In this document: one piece after another, positions 13,023 to 25,332 of the stretch
Position numbering within the stretch: the stretch's first letter is position 1
Layout of the letters: every line of letters starts with the position of its first letter
NCBI RefSeq assembly: GCF_037042905.1
Contig: NC_087245.1
Span: 620,001 to 684,000 of the forward strand
Length of the DNA: 64,000 nt
Origin: Lytechinus pictus
Lineage: Eukaryota
Direction of reading: 5' to 3'
Made by a program: the position numbers and the translations under genes
Notes under the pieces: generated by a model
What the model saw: only the letters and a program-made list of their open reading frames with translations
What the model was told of the DNA's origin: nothing
Database searches by the model: none

Positions 13023-15485
13023 TAAAGGCCGAATTGCGATGTATTCAAAAGGTAACTAACAAAAATTGTTCTAACATATCATTAATAGATAAACATATAT
13101 TGTATGGCAGGTATAATATATGTTATTGAAATTGCCAGGCATTTTGGAATAAAATATTGTAGAAAAAGAAATCAAGTGGTAGGAAAATGGGTTATGGTAT
13201 ACAGTTGTCGTATCACATTCAATTACTAGTATGTCTTAATGAAAAGGAAATATATAAAGAAATAACGGAAACATGAAACAGTTTTATATTTTGATGTCGA
13301 AAAAGTATTTATAAACAAAGGTTATTCCACAGAAAAGATGTCTTTACGCTGATGGAACAAAAGTAAAGATTCGCCATATGACAACTTAATCATGTTAATG
13401 TACATGATAAACATGATTAGGCACGTATAAAAAAATTATTTATTGGGTACGCAAATTTACTTTTTTTTTGTCATAGTGCCTATTATTATCAGCTAGGAGC
13501 GTAACTGGGGTCGGTGGCCGGGGGGGGGGGGGAGCCCAAAATTTCCCGGATATCATGGTATACAGAGGCAGTGGCGTAATGAGGCAAAAACAAATATTGG
13601 GGGTAAGATATGGCGTATCGGTCAAAATAAAAAAAATTAAGAAAAAAAAAAGTTGCGAGCGAAGCGAGAGAGCAAAAATTTCGAAATTTTCATTACAAAA
13701 TTCGGCTTTTGTGATAGATTTTTAGATAATATTCAAAGGGAGATATGTCTTGTCTTTGGCTAAGGACTTTTTTGTCCTGATTGCGACCGTTATTGCATAA
13801 AATTTAGCAAGCTTATGATAGACTTTATTGACAATGTTATTATGCCATCCATATTTCTTCCCATTCTTTATTTTCAATCATCGGCAGCCCGGTAGTGAAA
13901 CCAAAACCCAAGAAGAAAAGCAATCTTATTGGAAAGAATAAAATGAGAGAAACAATTAAAAAAAGTTTCATCAAAACCGGTTATGAAATAAGCAAGTTAT
14001 GGGAGTTTGCAAACTCTTGTTGTACTGTCTATGAAGATCCTCAAATTGGCAAACGTGCTTCAACAAAGGCGGATCCAGGGGGGGGGCGGCCCCCTCCCCT
14101 ATTGGCGGAGCAAAAAAAGGGAAAAAGGCAGGGAAAAGAGAGAAAAAAGAAGAGGAAGACAAGTGAAAGACTTGGAAAATAAAAAGAATCTTTCATATTT
14201 CACTATATAAAATTTTCGCTCGCGCTTCGCGCTCACATTGCATGTTAGTTGATTTACATATCTTGTTCAATATGGAGCTTAAATATCAAGTTTGGAAGTC
14301 AATATACAAAACATATTTTGCCGCGGAAATCGAACTTTCATTATTTTCTTTGATTTACAAATTAATTGTTTAAAAGTGATTTGTAAAAATGTCAGTTTTA
14401 CGATCTAAATATTAATATTTTCTGCTCGTGCTGCGCGCTTGCAAATGTTAATTTATCAGGTACCTATATTATTTTCGTGTATTCCATAAAGTTTTCAAAA
14501 TATCCCTTTGCAGGTCTGATTGTCAAAACGTATCAGCTAGCGCTGCACGCTCGCATTTTGATTGGCGAGTAATGTATGTCTCAATATTGATTATACAACA
14601 AACTTCTTAAAATCCACATTTCATGACAGTCTATCGAAAGTTTCGGCTCGCGATTTGCGCTTGCATTAATTGTTAAAAATATATTCACTCATGCATCTTA
14701 TTCATAATTATCAAAATTCTTGAAATGTCCAGTTTTCAGGCCATGATATCATAAGATTTCGTGCCCTTATTAGGCATATTAGTTTAATAAATAAGATAAA
14801 TAATTTAATAATTAATTTAATAATTAATTGTACCTTTTGTTTCATCTCGCACTTAACAAGATTATCATTTTCATATATGATGACATGTCCTAAGGATGTC
14901 CCGCTCTCTTGTCAAAACTTAAAGTAATAATAAAGAAAAATATTAGCTGTTTATTAAGTACGATCCATATTATCCACCTCACAATTTTTTCTACAAATTG
15001 CTTGAAATATAAAGCTGAAATAGACCCCTTTTTATTGATTTTCATGATAAAAGATATATTTAGAATGCCTAGTTTCTAGGTCTCAATCTGAAACACACGC
15101 GAGCATGGTTCATCAGATACGCAACTTGTTCTCTATTTAAATCATTATCCAGTTTCAGATCACAATATCAAAATTTTTCTGCTCGCGCTTTGTGCATGCA
15201 TTATTAATATAGGAAGATCCCCTATTACTCATCCTATTCATGATTTACAAAACATGAATAGAGTGTCCCGTTTTTAGGACTAAATTTCGAAGTTTGTCGC
15301 TCGCGCTTCGCGCTCGCATCAATTATTTAGTTATATAGCTATCCTGTCCACGATTAAAGAAATTGATTGAATTTTTCAATTCTTTATGCAAAAAGGTCAA
15401 AAATATTCAGCTCGCGCTTCGCGCTCGCATTACTTTATTGTTGAAATATGTAAAGTCTTCATGGCTAAGTGCAAGCAGTCCTTAA

Positions 15486-18400
15486 TAGTAGACTTGTTAA
15501 CTGCAAAAAAAGGGGTGAACGCTGCATTTTTTAGTACAAATGTCCCACTTGGCACAAATGTTCCTTGACTCAAAAGAAATAGATTCATCCAAAGAGACAC
15601 GCTGTATCTATGCAAATAAGCAAGTAATTTGCATAAATTTGCATATTATGTCGATATAGCGAAAACGAGTATTCAAGAATAAATTTTTAACCAGAACTAC
15701 CCTAAAATTGGAAATAAAGACTTAGGGTAAGAAAGGGAAGAAAATTGTCATAAAATGATTGGGATATCCTTGTTTATTATAAACTAATTAACATAATTAT
15801 GCAAATTATAATTCAAAACAGAGTATTTGTTCATGAATCCTGAACTGTTTTATAAATAACAGCAATCAATACACAATGTCAACATTCTACATGAAAGAGA
15901 ATATATTAGCGAAAACATCGATATGCTTCATGACAGTATTAGTGTCTTAATTTGCTTAGAAAGAGGGCAAATATGTCAAAATGTAAGACGTGGTTTTGCG
16001 CTAAAACGAGACCAAAACAACCTCTATGTGACAGTCACACTCACGAATCGACAATAAAGCGATCAATGGTATTTCATTCGAGATAACACAATCCCAACAC
16101 AATAGCTTCCATCGGCTTCTCGTATCGCTTTTGTTGGTGTGTCTGCCACACCGTAATCTATGGTATATACGGGCAAAATGCATTTCGGTTTCGGTAAAAC
16201 ACCATTTGTTTTATTTGTTTCTAATTTGTTTCTCTTGGAAAATTTACAGGAGACATTGCTTTGCAGGTTACTGCTTTAATAAAGCTCTGGCACATGAATC
16301 GTGACGAATGTACCCCTCCTCAACAGATATTTTAACTTTGTTAAAATATATATCTTTTGGAGACCCCGAAGTGGCAAAACTGCATTCCCCGCGGCATTCC
16401 CGCTACTTTACAAAACCAGTTTGACCTGTATAATCGACTTGGAAAAGACAGATGTATGAGACATCAGTTAACATGATTCCTGAAGAGAGTTTTTTTTTTA
16501 TTTAAGCCCACGGGAGCCCTCCGAATTTACCCCCATCCCCTCTCCGTATTTCGACAAAAAAAAATATATCGTGTTTTAACGCCACCGGCAAGGCAAATTG
16601 CGTTTTTTTTTATAATAAAGCAACTTTTATATCTATATTTCATATTTATCAATATTAATATTATTATTATTATTGTTCTGCAGTTTGTAATAATGCTCTA
16701 TAGCACAGTAAAGGCCAGTGGCGTAACTACGGGGGGGGGGGCATGGGGGGCACGTGCCCCCCCCCAATCGGCTGACCAAAAAAAAAAAAAAAAAACGGGG
16801 AAAATTAGAAAAAAGAGGGAGAAAGGAAGAAGAACGTAGTGGGAAAGAAAAAATTATTATTCGTTATAATGGTATATTATATTATAATCATATTATGTTA
16901 TATTACATAGAAAACATTTTTTATCCTAACTTTATGAAACATTAATTGCTCAGGGCCTATGTTGTCATTGTTCCTGGTGCTCGCATTGTCTGTTTAAAGA
17001 GATACATGTATATAAACCTGTTGTACGAAAAACTCCCGTTTCAAGTCAATATACACCAAATATATTATTGTTTTATGCAGTCACGGTGACATATGCTTCT
17101 TTTTCATGACTACTTCAAGTGATTGCCCCATGTTAAGGTCTTAATATAAAATATTTCCTGTCCGTGATTACGTTCGCATCAGTTGATTGGTGATATATGT
17201 CTGCTCTCCGTGAATTCCTAAAATCAGTCCTTAAAATGTCCCTTTTTCTGATCTGAATATCAAAAATTTTCAGCTCGCGCTTCGCGCTCGCATCATTTGG
17301 TTAGTTAAATACGTATGGTCTTAGTGAATTCCTACAAACAAGCTATATAATGCCCCTCTTCAGTTCTGAATTTCCTACATTTTCAGCTCGCGCTTCGCGC
17401 TCGCAATATCTGATTAGTGAGATGCGTATGTTATTCATGATTACAATGAGTACAAGTGCTTCATAAGTGTTTAAATGTAATTCTATCAAAATCAGCAAGC
17501 GCTTGACATTGGCATTAGATGACTATGGTGAGATATGTATACTATTAAGGGATTATTCCTATAATATAGTCATTAAGATCTCCCTGTTTGGGGTCAATGT
17601 ATAAAAAAATTTCGGCTCGCGCTTCGCGCTCGCATTGTTTAGCGAGACAGGTACGTATCATGATTACAAAGTCGATTATAATGTCCCTTTCTAGGTCTGA
17701 ATATCAAAAATTTTAAGCTCGCGCTTCGCGCTCGCATTATTTGACCAGTGAGAGACATATCCGTTTAATGGCACTGTCCTTAAAATGTCTCTATTAGGTC
17801 AATATACCTGGCAACTGGGCGCGCTTCGCGCGCTCACTAAGTGACTCAAAATTTTTGCTGGTGCCCCCCCCCCAATGCCGTGACCCACGGTACGCCACTG
17901 GTAAAGGCTATAGCCCAACGGGAGTGTGCCTAGGATACCCTTTCCCCTTTTGGTTTTATGTATTAAAAAATAGTTTATTGTCTTTAGAACTCTTAAAAGA
18001 TTACTTTTGTTTGTATTTATATCTTGGAATAGATTGAGGAGAAAATACTGCACAATTGACATGTAGAAGAGCTGTGGTACACTGAAGAACAGCCACACGT
18101 AATCTCTGAAATACTCAAACCCCTTTATTGATTTCACTCTATGTTAAATTTAAATATTTTTAGAGCCCAATCGGAAGAAAGATACATTTCTACTACACAC
18201 AGCAAAGCCTCTTTACGTTCTCCTCTTGAAAAAAAAACATAGAAGGCATTGTTTTATATCGCATAAAATAATTTGTGTACATGACGGTGGCCTGTCGAAG
18301 TTGCCCAACCCTTTATTTTGTTTTGACAATATACATGTACATTTAAAATATCGTCTCAATGAAGCCTTCATCTGGAAAAGGGCACTTATTAAAGGTAGCA

Positions 18401-20617
18401 TCTACACTATATAGAGGAGGTCCTGGCACTGGGAAGTGGGGGCTGAAGCACCCGCAAGATTTTCCGGGGGGGGGGGGGTGTGCTGCGTGTATTATTTTCC
18501 ATAGACAGCACCCCCTGGAATTCCGGCAGATGTGACCAAAAAAAAAAGAAACGTTACTGAAATAGCCCTCATTTTGTAGTGCAATCCTTTTTGTTTATTT
18601 GCTTGTTAAAATGATGTAAATTTGAAAACAAAAAAGGTTCAATGTAAAGTTTTGGTCCAAAAATATTTAACAAGCAAATAAACAAAAAGGATTGCATTAA
18701 AAAATGAAGATTATTTTGGTAACGTTTTTTTCTTCTTCTTTTTTTCACATCTGCCGGAATTCCAGGGGGTGCTGTCTATGGAGAATAATACACGCAGCAC
18801 ACCCCCGGAAAATCTTGCGGGTGCTTCAGCCCCCGCTTCCCAGTGCCAGGACCTCCTCTATAGTGTAGATGCTACCTTTAATAAGTGCCCTTTTCCAGAT
18901 GAGGGCTTCATTGAGACGAAATTTTTAAATGTACATGTATATTGTCAAAAGAAAATAAAGGGTTGGGCAACTTCGACAGGCCACCGTCATGTACACGAAC
19001 TAATTTTATGCGATATAAAACAATGCCTTCTATGTTTTTTTTTTCAAGAGGAGAACGTAAAGAGGCTTTGCTGTGTGTAGTAGAAATGTATCTTTCTTCA
19101 GATTGGGCTCTAAAAATGTTTAAATTTAACATAGAGTGGAATCAATACAGGGGTTTGAGTATTTTAGAGCTTATGTGTGGCTGTTCTTCAATGTACCACA
19201 GCTCTTCTACATGTCAATTGTAGAGTATTTTCTCCTCAATCTATTCCAAGTTATCAATACAAACAAAAATAATCTTTTAAGAGTTCTAAAGACAATAAAA
19301 TATTTTTTAATACATAAAACCAAAAGGGGAAAGGGTATCCTAGGCATGCTCCTGTTGGGTTATAGCCTTTACTGTGCTAGAGCATTATTACAAACGGCAG
19401 AGCAATAATAATACTATTAATAATAATTATAATAATATCAATAGCGATGGATTTAAATATAAGAATATAAATATAAAAGTTGCTTTATTATACCAAAAAA
19501 ATGCAATTTGCCTTGCCGATGTCTTTGAAACAAGATATTTTTGTATTTAGTGTCGAAATACGGAGAGGGGATGGGGTAAATTCGGAGGGCTCCCGTGAGC
19601 TTAAATAAACAAAAATAAAAAACTTTTTTTCGAGAATCATGTTAACTGATGTCTCATACATCTGTCTTTTCCAAGTCGATTATACAAGTCAAACTGGTTT
19701 TGTAAGGTAGCGGGAATGCCGTGGGGATGCAGTTTTGCCACTTCGGGGTCTCCAAAAAGATATATGTTTTAATAAAGTTAAAATATGGATTGACGTATAG
19801 GATACATTTGTCATGATTCATGTGCCAGAGCTTTATTAAAGCAGTAACCTGCAAAGCAGTGTCTCCTGTAAATTTTCCAAGAGAAACAAATAAAACAAAG
19901 AGTGTTTTACCGATACCGAAATGCATTTTGCCCGTATATACCATAGATTACGGTGTGGCAGACACACCAACAAAAGCGATACGAGAAGCTGATGGAAGCT
20001 ATTGTGTTGGGATTGTGTTATCTCGAATGACATACCATTGATCGCTTTATTGTCCGATTCGTGAGTGTGACTGCGACATAGAGGTTGTTTTGGTCTCGTT
20101 TTTATAATAGCACAATATCACGTCTTACATTTTGACATATTTGCCCTCTTTCTAAGCATATTAAGACACTAATACTATCATGAAGCATATCGATGTTTTC
20201 GCTAATATATTCTCTTTCATGTAGAATGTTGACATTGTGTATTAATTGCTGTTATTTATAAAACAGTTTAGGATTCATGAAAAAACACCCTGTTTTAAAT
20301 TATAATTTGCATAATTTATGTAAATTAGGTTATAAAAAACAAGGATATCCCAATCATTTTATGACAATTTTCTTCCCTTTCTTACCCTAAGTCTTTTATT
20401 TCCAATTTTAGGGCAGTTCTGGTTAAAAATGTATTCTTAAATACTTGTTTTCACTATATTGACATAATATGCAAATTTATGCAAATTACTTGCTTATTTG
20501 CATAGATACAGCGTGTCTCTTTGGATGAATCTTTTTCTTTTGACTCAAGGAACATTTGTGCCAAGTGGGACATTTGTACTAAAAAATGCAGCGTTCAACC
20601 TCTTAACAAGTCTACTA
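15486..20617. mobile_element. Giant foldback element: two ~1.95-kb inverted arms with a ~55-bp spacer and 3-bp TAA TSD
   Basis: Left arm 15486-18610 (minus the insert) is the reverse complement of 18666-20617; termini TAGTAGAC...GTCTACTA; TAA at 15483-15485 and 20618-20620; removal restores host CAGTCCTTAACAGGTACC. Confidence 0.9.
16716..17900. mobile_element. hAT-type element inserted in the left foldback arm
   Basis: CAGTGGCGTA / TACGCCACTG; 8-bp TSD GTAAAGGC; empty site in the right arm (~19360-19380); same family as 55007-56360. Confidence 0.9.
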
Positions 20618-22163
20618 TAACAGGTACCTTTTCGATCAGTTCTAAACGTATATAAAAAAAAATTTGCTCGCGCTTTGCGCTCGCATTATTAGTGTAACGA
20701 AGATCCACAATTACTCATCCTTTACATGATTTACAAAACATGAATAGAGTATCTCGTTTTAGGTCTTAATCTGGAAATTTTCCGCTCCCCCCCCCCCCCC
20801 TATTGGCGAAGGCTGGATCCGCCCCTGCTTCAAAATGGCAGAATGTGGACAACTCTCCATTTGTTTTGTACACAAATTTTCAGATTTTCCTTATTATCTT
20901 TCAAATTGCATCTTGCCTCCTTCTGAGCAAAACATATGTCATGGGAAAATATAATTCACATCACATATGTCAAGGTCAGGAGGAGATAATGTAAAATATG
21001 TAATAGAAAGGGGAAAATCTGAAAATTTGTGTACAAAACAAATGGAGAGTTTCCACAATTTGCCATTCTGAAGCACTTTTGCCAATTTGAGGATCCCCAT
21101 AGAAAGTGCAACAAGACTTTTTAAACGTCCATAACTTGCTTATTTCATAACCGATTTTGATGAAACTTTTTTTTAATTGTTCCTCTCATTTTACTCTTTC
21201 TAATAAGATTGCTTCTCTTCTTATGTTTTGGTTTCATTTAAGTTCTCCTCTTCTCTCTCTTTTTTTTTTGTCTTGTCCCTTTTCTTCATTTTCCAACTTA
21301 GCTTTTAGCTCATTCCATTCTACATTTATTTCTTGATTTTGTTTGCCATTTGGTCAATTCTTTTAGATTATTTCACTTTCTTACTAATCATGCTAATGTA
21401 CTAGAATTTCGGTATGATTTTGTTCTTTCTCATGCACATGTTCTAAATTCCTTCCTTTTCCCGCTTTCCTTCTGTTTTCCCTTTTATGTTTTTTTTCTTT
21501 AATAACTTTCTTTTCTCTTTTTCCCTTTCCCTTTCCTTTTCTCTTTCATTTCCCCTCCCTTCCTCATTCCCCCAAATCCCCCGGGGAGGGGGGCAGCCTA
21601 CCCCCCTTCTTTTAGGCCTCTGATTTTTATAAAGCGCTTTGAGCATGTTCCATGGAAAAGCACTATGCATAGAAAATATATAAAAAATACATTAAAAAGG
21701 GGGAGCACGAGCCGGATGCCCCCCCCCCCTGGATCCGCCACTGCTTGTAATGCTATTAACATGAAACTCTCACCAATGACACTAAACAGAGTGGAAGATT
21801 AGAGAAAGAAAGGGGGCAAATTTCTTTTGAAATGTCAATTATGGTCTTTTTCGTTTTTGAAAGCTACCTTCTCAATATCGTTTACAATATTAAAAGTGCA
21901 GTCTATTAAATATCTTATTTGAGACACTTTGATCATCTATTTTTTTGTTCAGTCGATATAACTAAAATGATCGTTTAATGATGCTCTATTTTAAGAAGAC
22001 ATATTCTTTCATATTTCATCAATTGATGGCTTTATGTGATCTAGGGTGAGCGTTCAACTTATTTTTTTCAGAATTATAGTCTTAATACCTAGACTAGAAA
22101 TCTAAAGGTGCTGAACGAGAGGCGTCGTTGTAATTCGATTGAGCACCGTATTTTATAAGTGCA

Positions 22164-22236
22164 GCCTCCGTGGCCTAATGGATAAGGCATCGGTCTCCTA
22201 AACCGGGGATTGTGGGTTCGAGTCCCACCGGAGGTG
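22164..22236 (+). tRNA. tRNA-Arg (anticodon CCT)
   Basis: 73-nt cloverleaf: acceptor GCCTCCG/CGGAGGT, D arm GCCT/AGGC, anticodon arm TCGGT-CTCCTAA-ACCGG, T arm GTGGG-TTCGAGT-CCCAC, discriminator G; T5 Pol III terminator ~20 nt downstream. Confidence 0.93.
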
Positions 22237-24568
22237 GTGGTCAATAGGCGCCCTTATTTTTGTCTTTCCATATCATCTGAGAAAGATAGTTTTATTGTGT
22301 GTTAGGCGAGTGTATATCGGGTCAAGTAAACAATTGTGGCTATTGGTTTTTAGGATGGCCCCTTTATTGTGGACAACACTCGTCCAGTTTGTCAAATTGG
22401 ATACCAATTTTCTTCACCTAAAAACAAATCTATCCTCACCAAAATTAATAAATAGATAAATAAATGTTCCACTGTGTCCCAGATTATAATCATAATACAC
22501 GGGATTTTGCACTTTGAATGTTTACAGGAGCATTTAATGTTATATCTTATTCAAGACCAACAAACTGTTCACTGGACAAGGAACAATTTTTAAAGGTAAA
22601 GGGTATGGAATGAAACACTAGCGCTCCTTTCCCGGTCCTTTTCTTTGACTGAATGTCGTAGGGTGAGAAAATGGTTATTGTTTGGGTGGAGGGGCGAGAT
22701 AAGTCTATATTGTTATCCTTCTGTAAAATAGTCTTTGTGTGGACTCATGGGTCCATGCACTGGCTCGATCATTATGAAATCTAGATCCACTGCTATACAG
22801 TGAACTGCTATTGTCCCGGGATATTCACTTGAAAAGATAACCTAACACAATGTCGATGGTCTGATCTATTATTATCGCTTTTTGTCACGTGTTCTTGTAA
22901 ATACTGTTGACATCAAAGCAATGACATACAAGATTGGGAGATTACTATAGGCTAGAGCATCGATATTGGAGGCTATTTGAAACGTTGTGTATACCAGTAA
23001 AAAAAATTCGGTACTCGACACGTTACATAACAATTGTCATCTAATCTTCGTGTTTCGATGTTTTTTTTTTCAGGAAAGAAGCGGATAAGCACCCTTTTGG
23101 CCTTTTCTAATGTTTAATTTTAAACCTGCATATTTTTTATCAGGAGGTATCCACCGCAACATAGTCCAGGTAGTATGTGCACTGAAATCATAATCCAAAT
23201 GGACCCGGGGATGTAGGAAAGCCAGCTTTGATACAAGTTGAATAGATCACCAGCTTTGTCAGCCTTACGAGGAGTCGTCTATATAACATAATTATAACCA
23301 TAATGTTTTTCTTGTTTTGATGCATCGAGAATATCGGACTTTAATGTATAGGATCGAAGATTATACATTGGGCATCGAAAGCTATTTCATATCAGGACTG
23401 TGCACTGAATTATTTCGTTTCTTGTTTTCCTCGAGAAGAAACTTAAGAAATGATGATTTAATGCAATGCTGGAAAACACATTTTATATTTATCTCTACAA
23501 AGTCAATTGACCAACAAGATTGCATGACCTCATCCAGATACGGACTTTCTGTTGGCCCTATAGCTGCATCTTCTGAATAAATAAATATCTTCTTGTGGGT
23601 GCATGTGACATCTGGATAGTATATTTTCACACTTTGTGCAGTGCTGTAAACTTTTGTGCAGTGCTATATAGATATATTTGGACACCTTGGACTTCAAGTT
23701 GGTAAGTCACATCTTTCTAAATTAATTAATTAGTAACAAACCTTTTTGGGGATGAGTTCCTTTTGAGACAGCCACCCAAAGCGAACAATATACCGGTATT
23801 GGGGTCAGGGTTATGGTTAGGACAACTGGACAAGGGTTAATAGCTATAGGGCACTTGTTCACTGCAACCACCCTGCCTGTGGGGAATCTACAGGTTGGAC
23901 TATGGCATGCCAATGCTGTACAGAGCACACACTTTAAAAAATGATTAAAATATCACTTTTGTGACCAAAATTACTAATTTCCGTACAGTTGCAATTCATT
24001 TTTCATTAGTAACTTGGGATTATTTTTTGTATTCACTAGAGCGCTCAAAAACTTGAATTTTGGGCATATTTTTGTGAACGCCCTCTATTGGTGGAAAATA
24101 ATATGGCAATAAAATTTTCATTTTTTATCTCTATTTTTAATTAAGAAAAAAATAATTTAAAGAATCAAATTTACTTAAGGGCCAAGTTGTATGACGAATA
24201 GGTGTAATGGAAACTGTCAGTGTAAAAAAATCAAGCATTTGTCCCAAAGAAAAAGAGAAAATAAGCCAAACATTGCCATCCTTATTTTGCCACACATGGA
24301 GATATAACTGAGAACAAGGTTATATCATAACCTTGTTCATTGAATGAGTGCTATAGGGTTGGGGTCCATGGATGTCGCAAAAGGAACTCTTTCCCAAACG
24401 TTTCCACTCTCCATTATCCACTAGCAATGAATCATGTCAATTCTCTGGAAAGATTTCCTACTTATTTTTATTAACACATATGCAGATATTAATTTTACCA
24501 CATGTAGAGCATTTCCATTTATTTGATTCCAGTTAAAAAGAGCCATATAGACAAAATAATGCCTTGTC

Positions 24569-24737
24569 CAGGGGCCGCGGAACGGTTTTTAAAGTGGGGG
24601 GCTGAGCCAAAAGTGGGGGGCTGACCATGCTAAAAATCACAATCATATGGTAATTTTTACATTTTTGTACACGGTTTTGGAAAAAAGTGGGGGGGGGGGG
24701 CTGAAGCCCCCCCCCCCCCCCGGTTCCGCGGCCCCTG
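24569..24737. mobile_element. Short MITE (CAGGGGCCGCGGAAC TIR)
   Basis: Clear TIR; only TTGTC repeated in the flanks; second copy at 28232-28393 and partial copy near 29992. Confidence 0.75.
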
Positions 24738-25332
24738 TTGTCTATAAGGCTATGTGGTACGTACCGTGCCGGGAATCGATCCTCAAACTTTCACGCGTTT
24801 CCTGACGTATACAGTCTATCAGGCGCCATACAGACAACTCGGCCATAACAAGGTATACCTTGTTTTCTGCTATATGGTAATCCACATGACCATTTTAACC
24901 CCTGGATGATATACATCGGAATGCTTTCATAGGGCTCATCTCCGAAAGCAGCGGAGGGAGAAAATCAGAAAGAACACCGTATTAGTCTTCATTATATCAA
25001 AATAGGTAAGGGAGAGTGGGGAAAATATAAAGCCACCTTTTCATAATTCCAATCATAATTATCTTTGTAATGCATAGCAGTAGAAATTAACATGAATAGA
25101 TGTCTAATACAAGGTCTACAGTAGACTTACATTATCCCATACAAATATGAGAACAAATTTTATTTTGCATATTAATGAGCATTGAACATGGCTGTCGCAG
25201 GGGCTTTATTTGCCCCCATCAAAATGGGGTAAATGAGGCCCCTTTGTTTCTTTATTCAAGGTATATAGTTCAGTTGCTTTGATACAATCAATGAACATTT
25301 ACTAGTAACAATTACAGGATTAAAATTCATTC

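Larger units (their letters stand above)
14064..20827. mobile_element. hAT-like element hosting the foldback
   Basis: CAAAGGCGGATCCAG / CTGGATCCGCCCCTG TIR; CTTCAA duplicated (partial TSD); internal GCTCGCGCTTCGCGCTCGC repeat units. Confidence 0.7.
13893..21241. mobile_element. Palindromic MITE (~0.6 kb when emptied) interrupted by 14064-20827
   Basis: 13895-14063 is the inverted match of ~21068-21237; 20828-21067 is internally palindromic; TTAA at the right end, left terminus degraded. Confidence 0.7.

Noticed and set aside
23300..23620. Host exon or LINE zinc-knuckle remnant on the minus strand
   Set aside because: Only a faint CPMYN-like motif among stop codons; insufficient support
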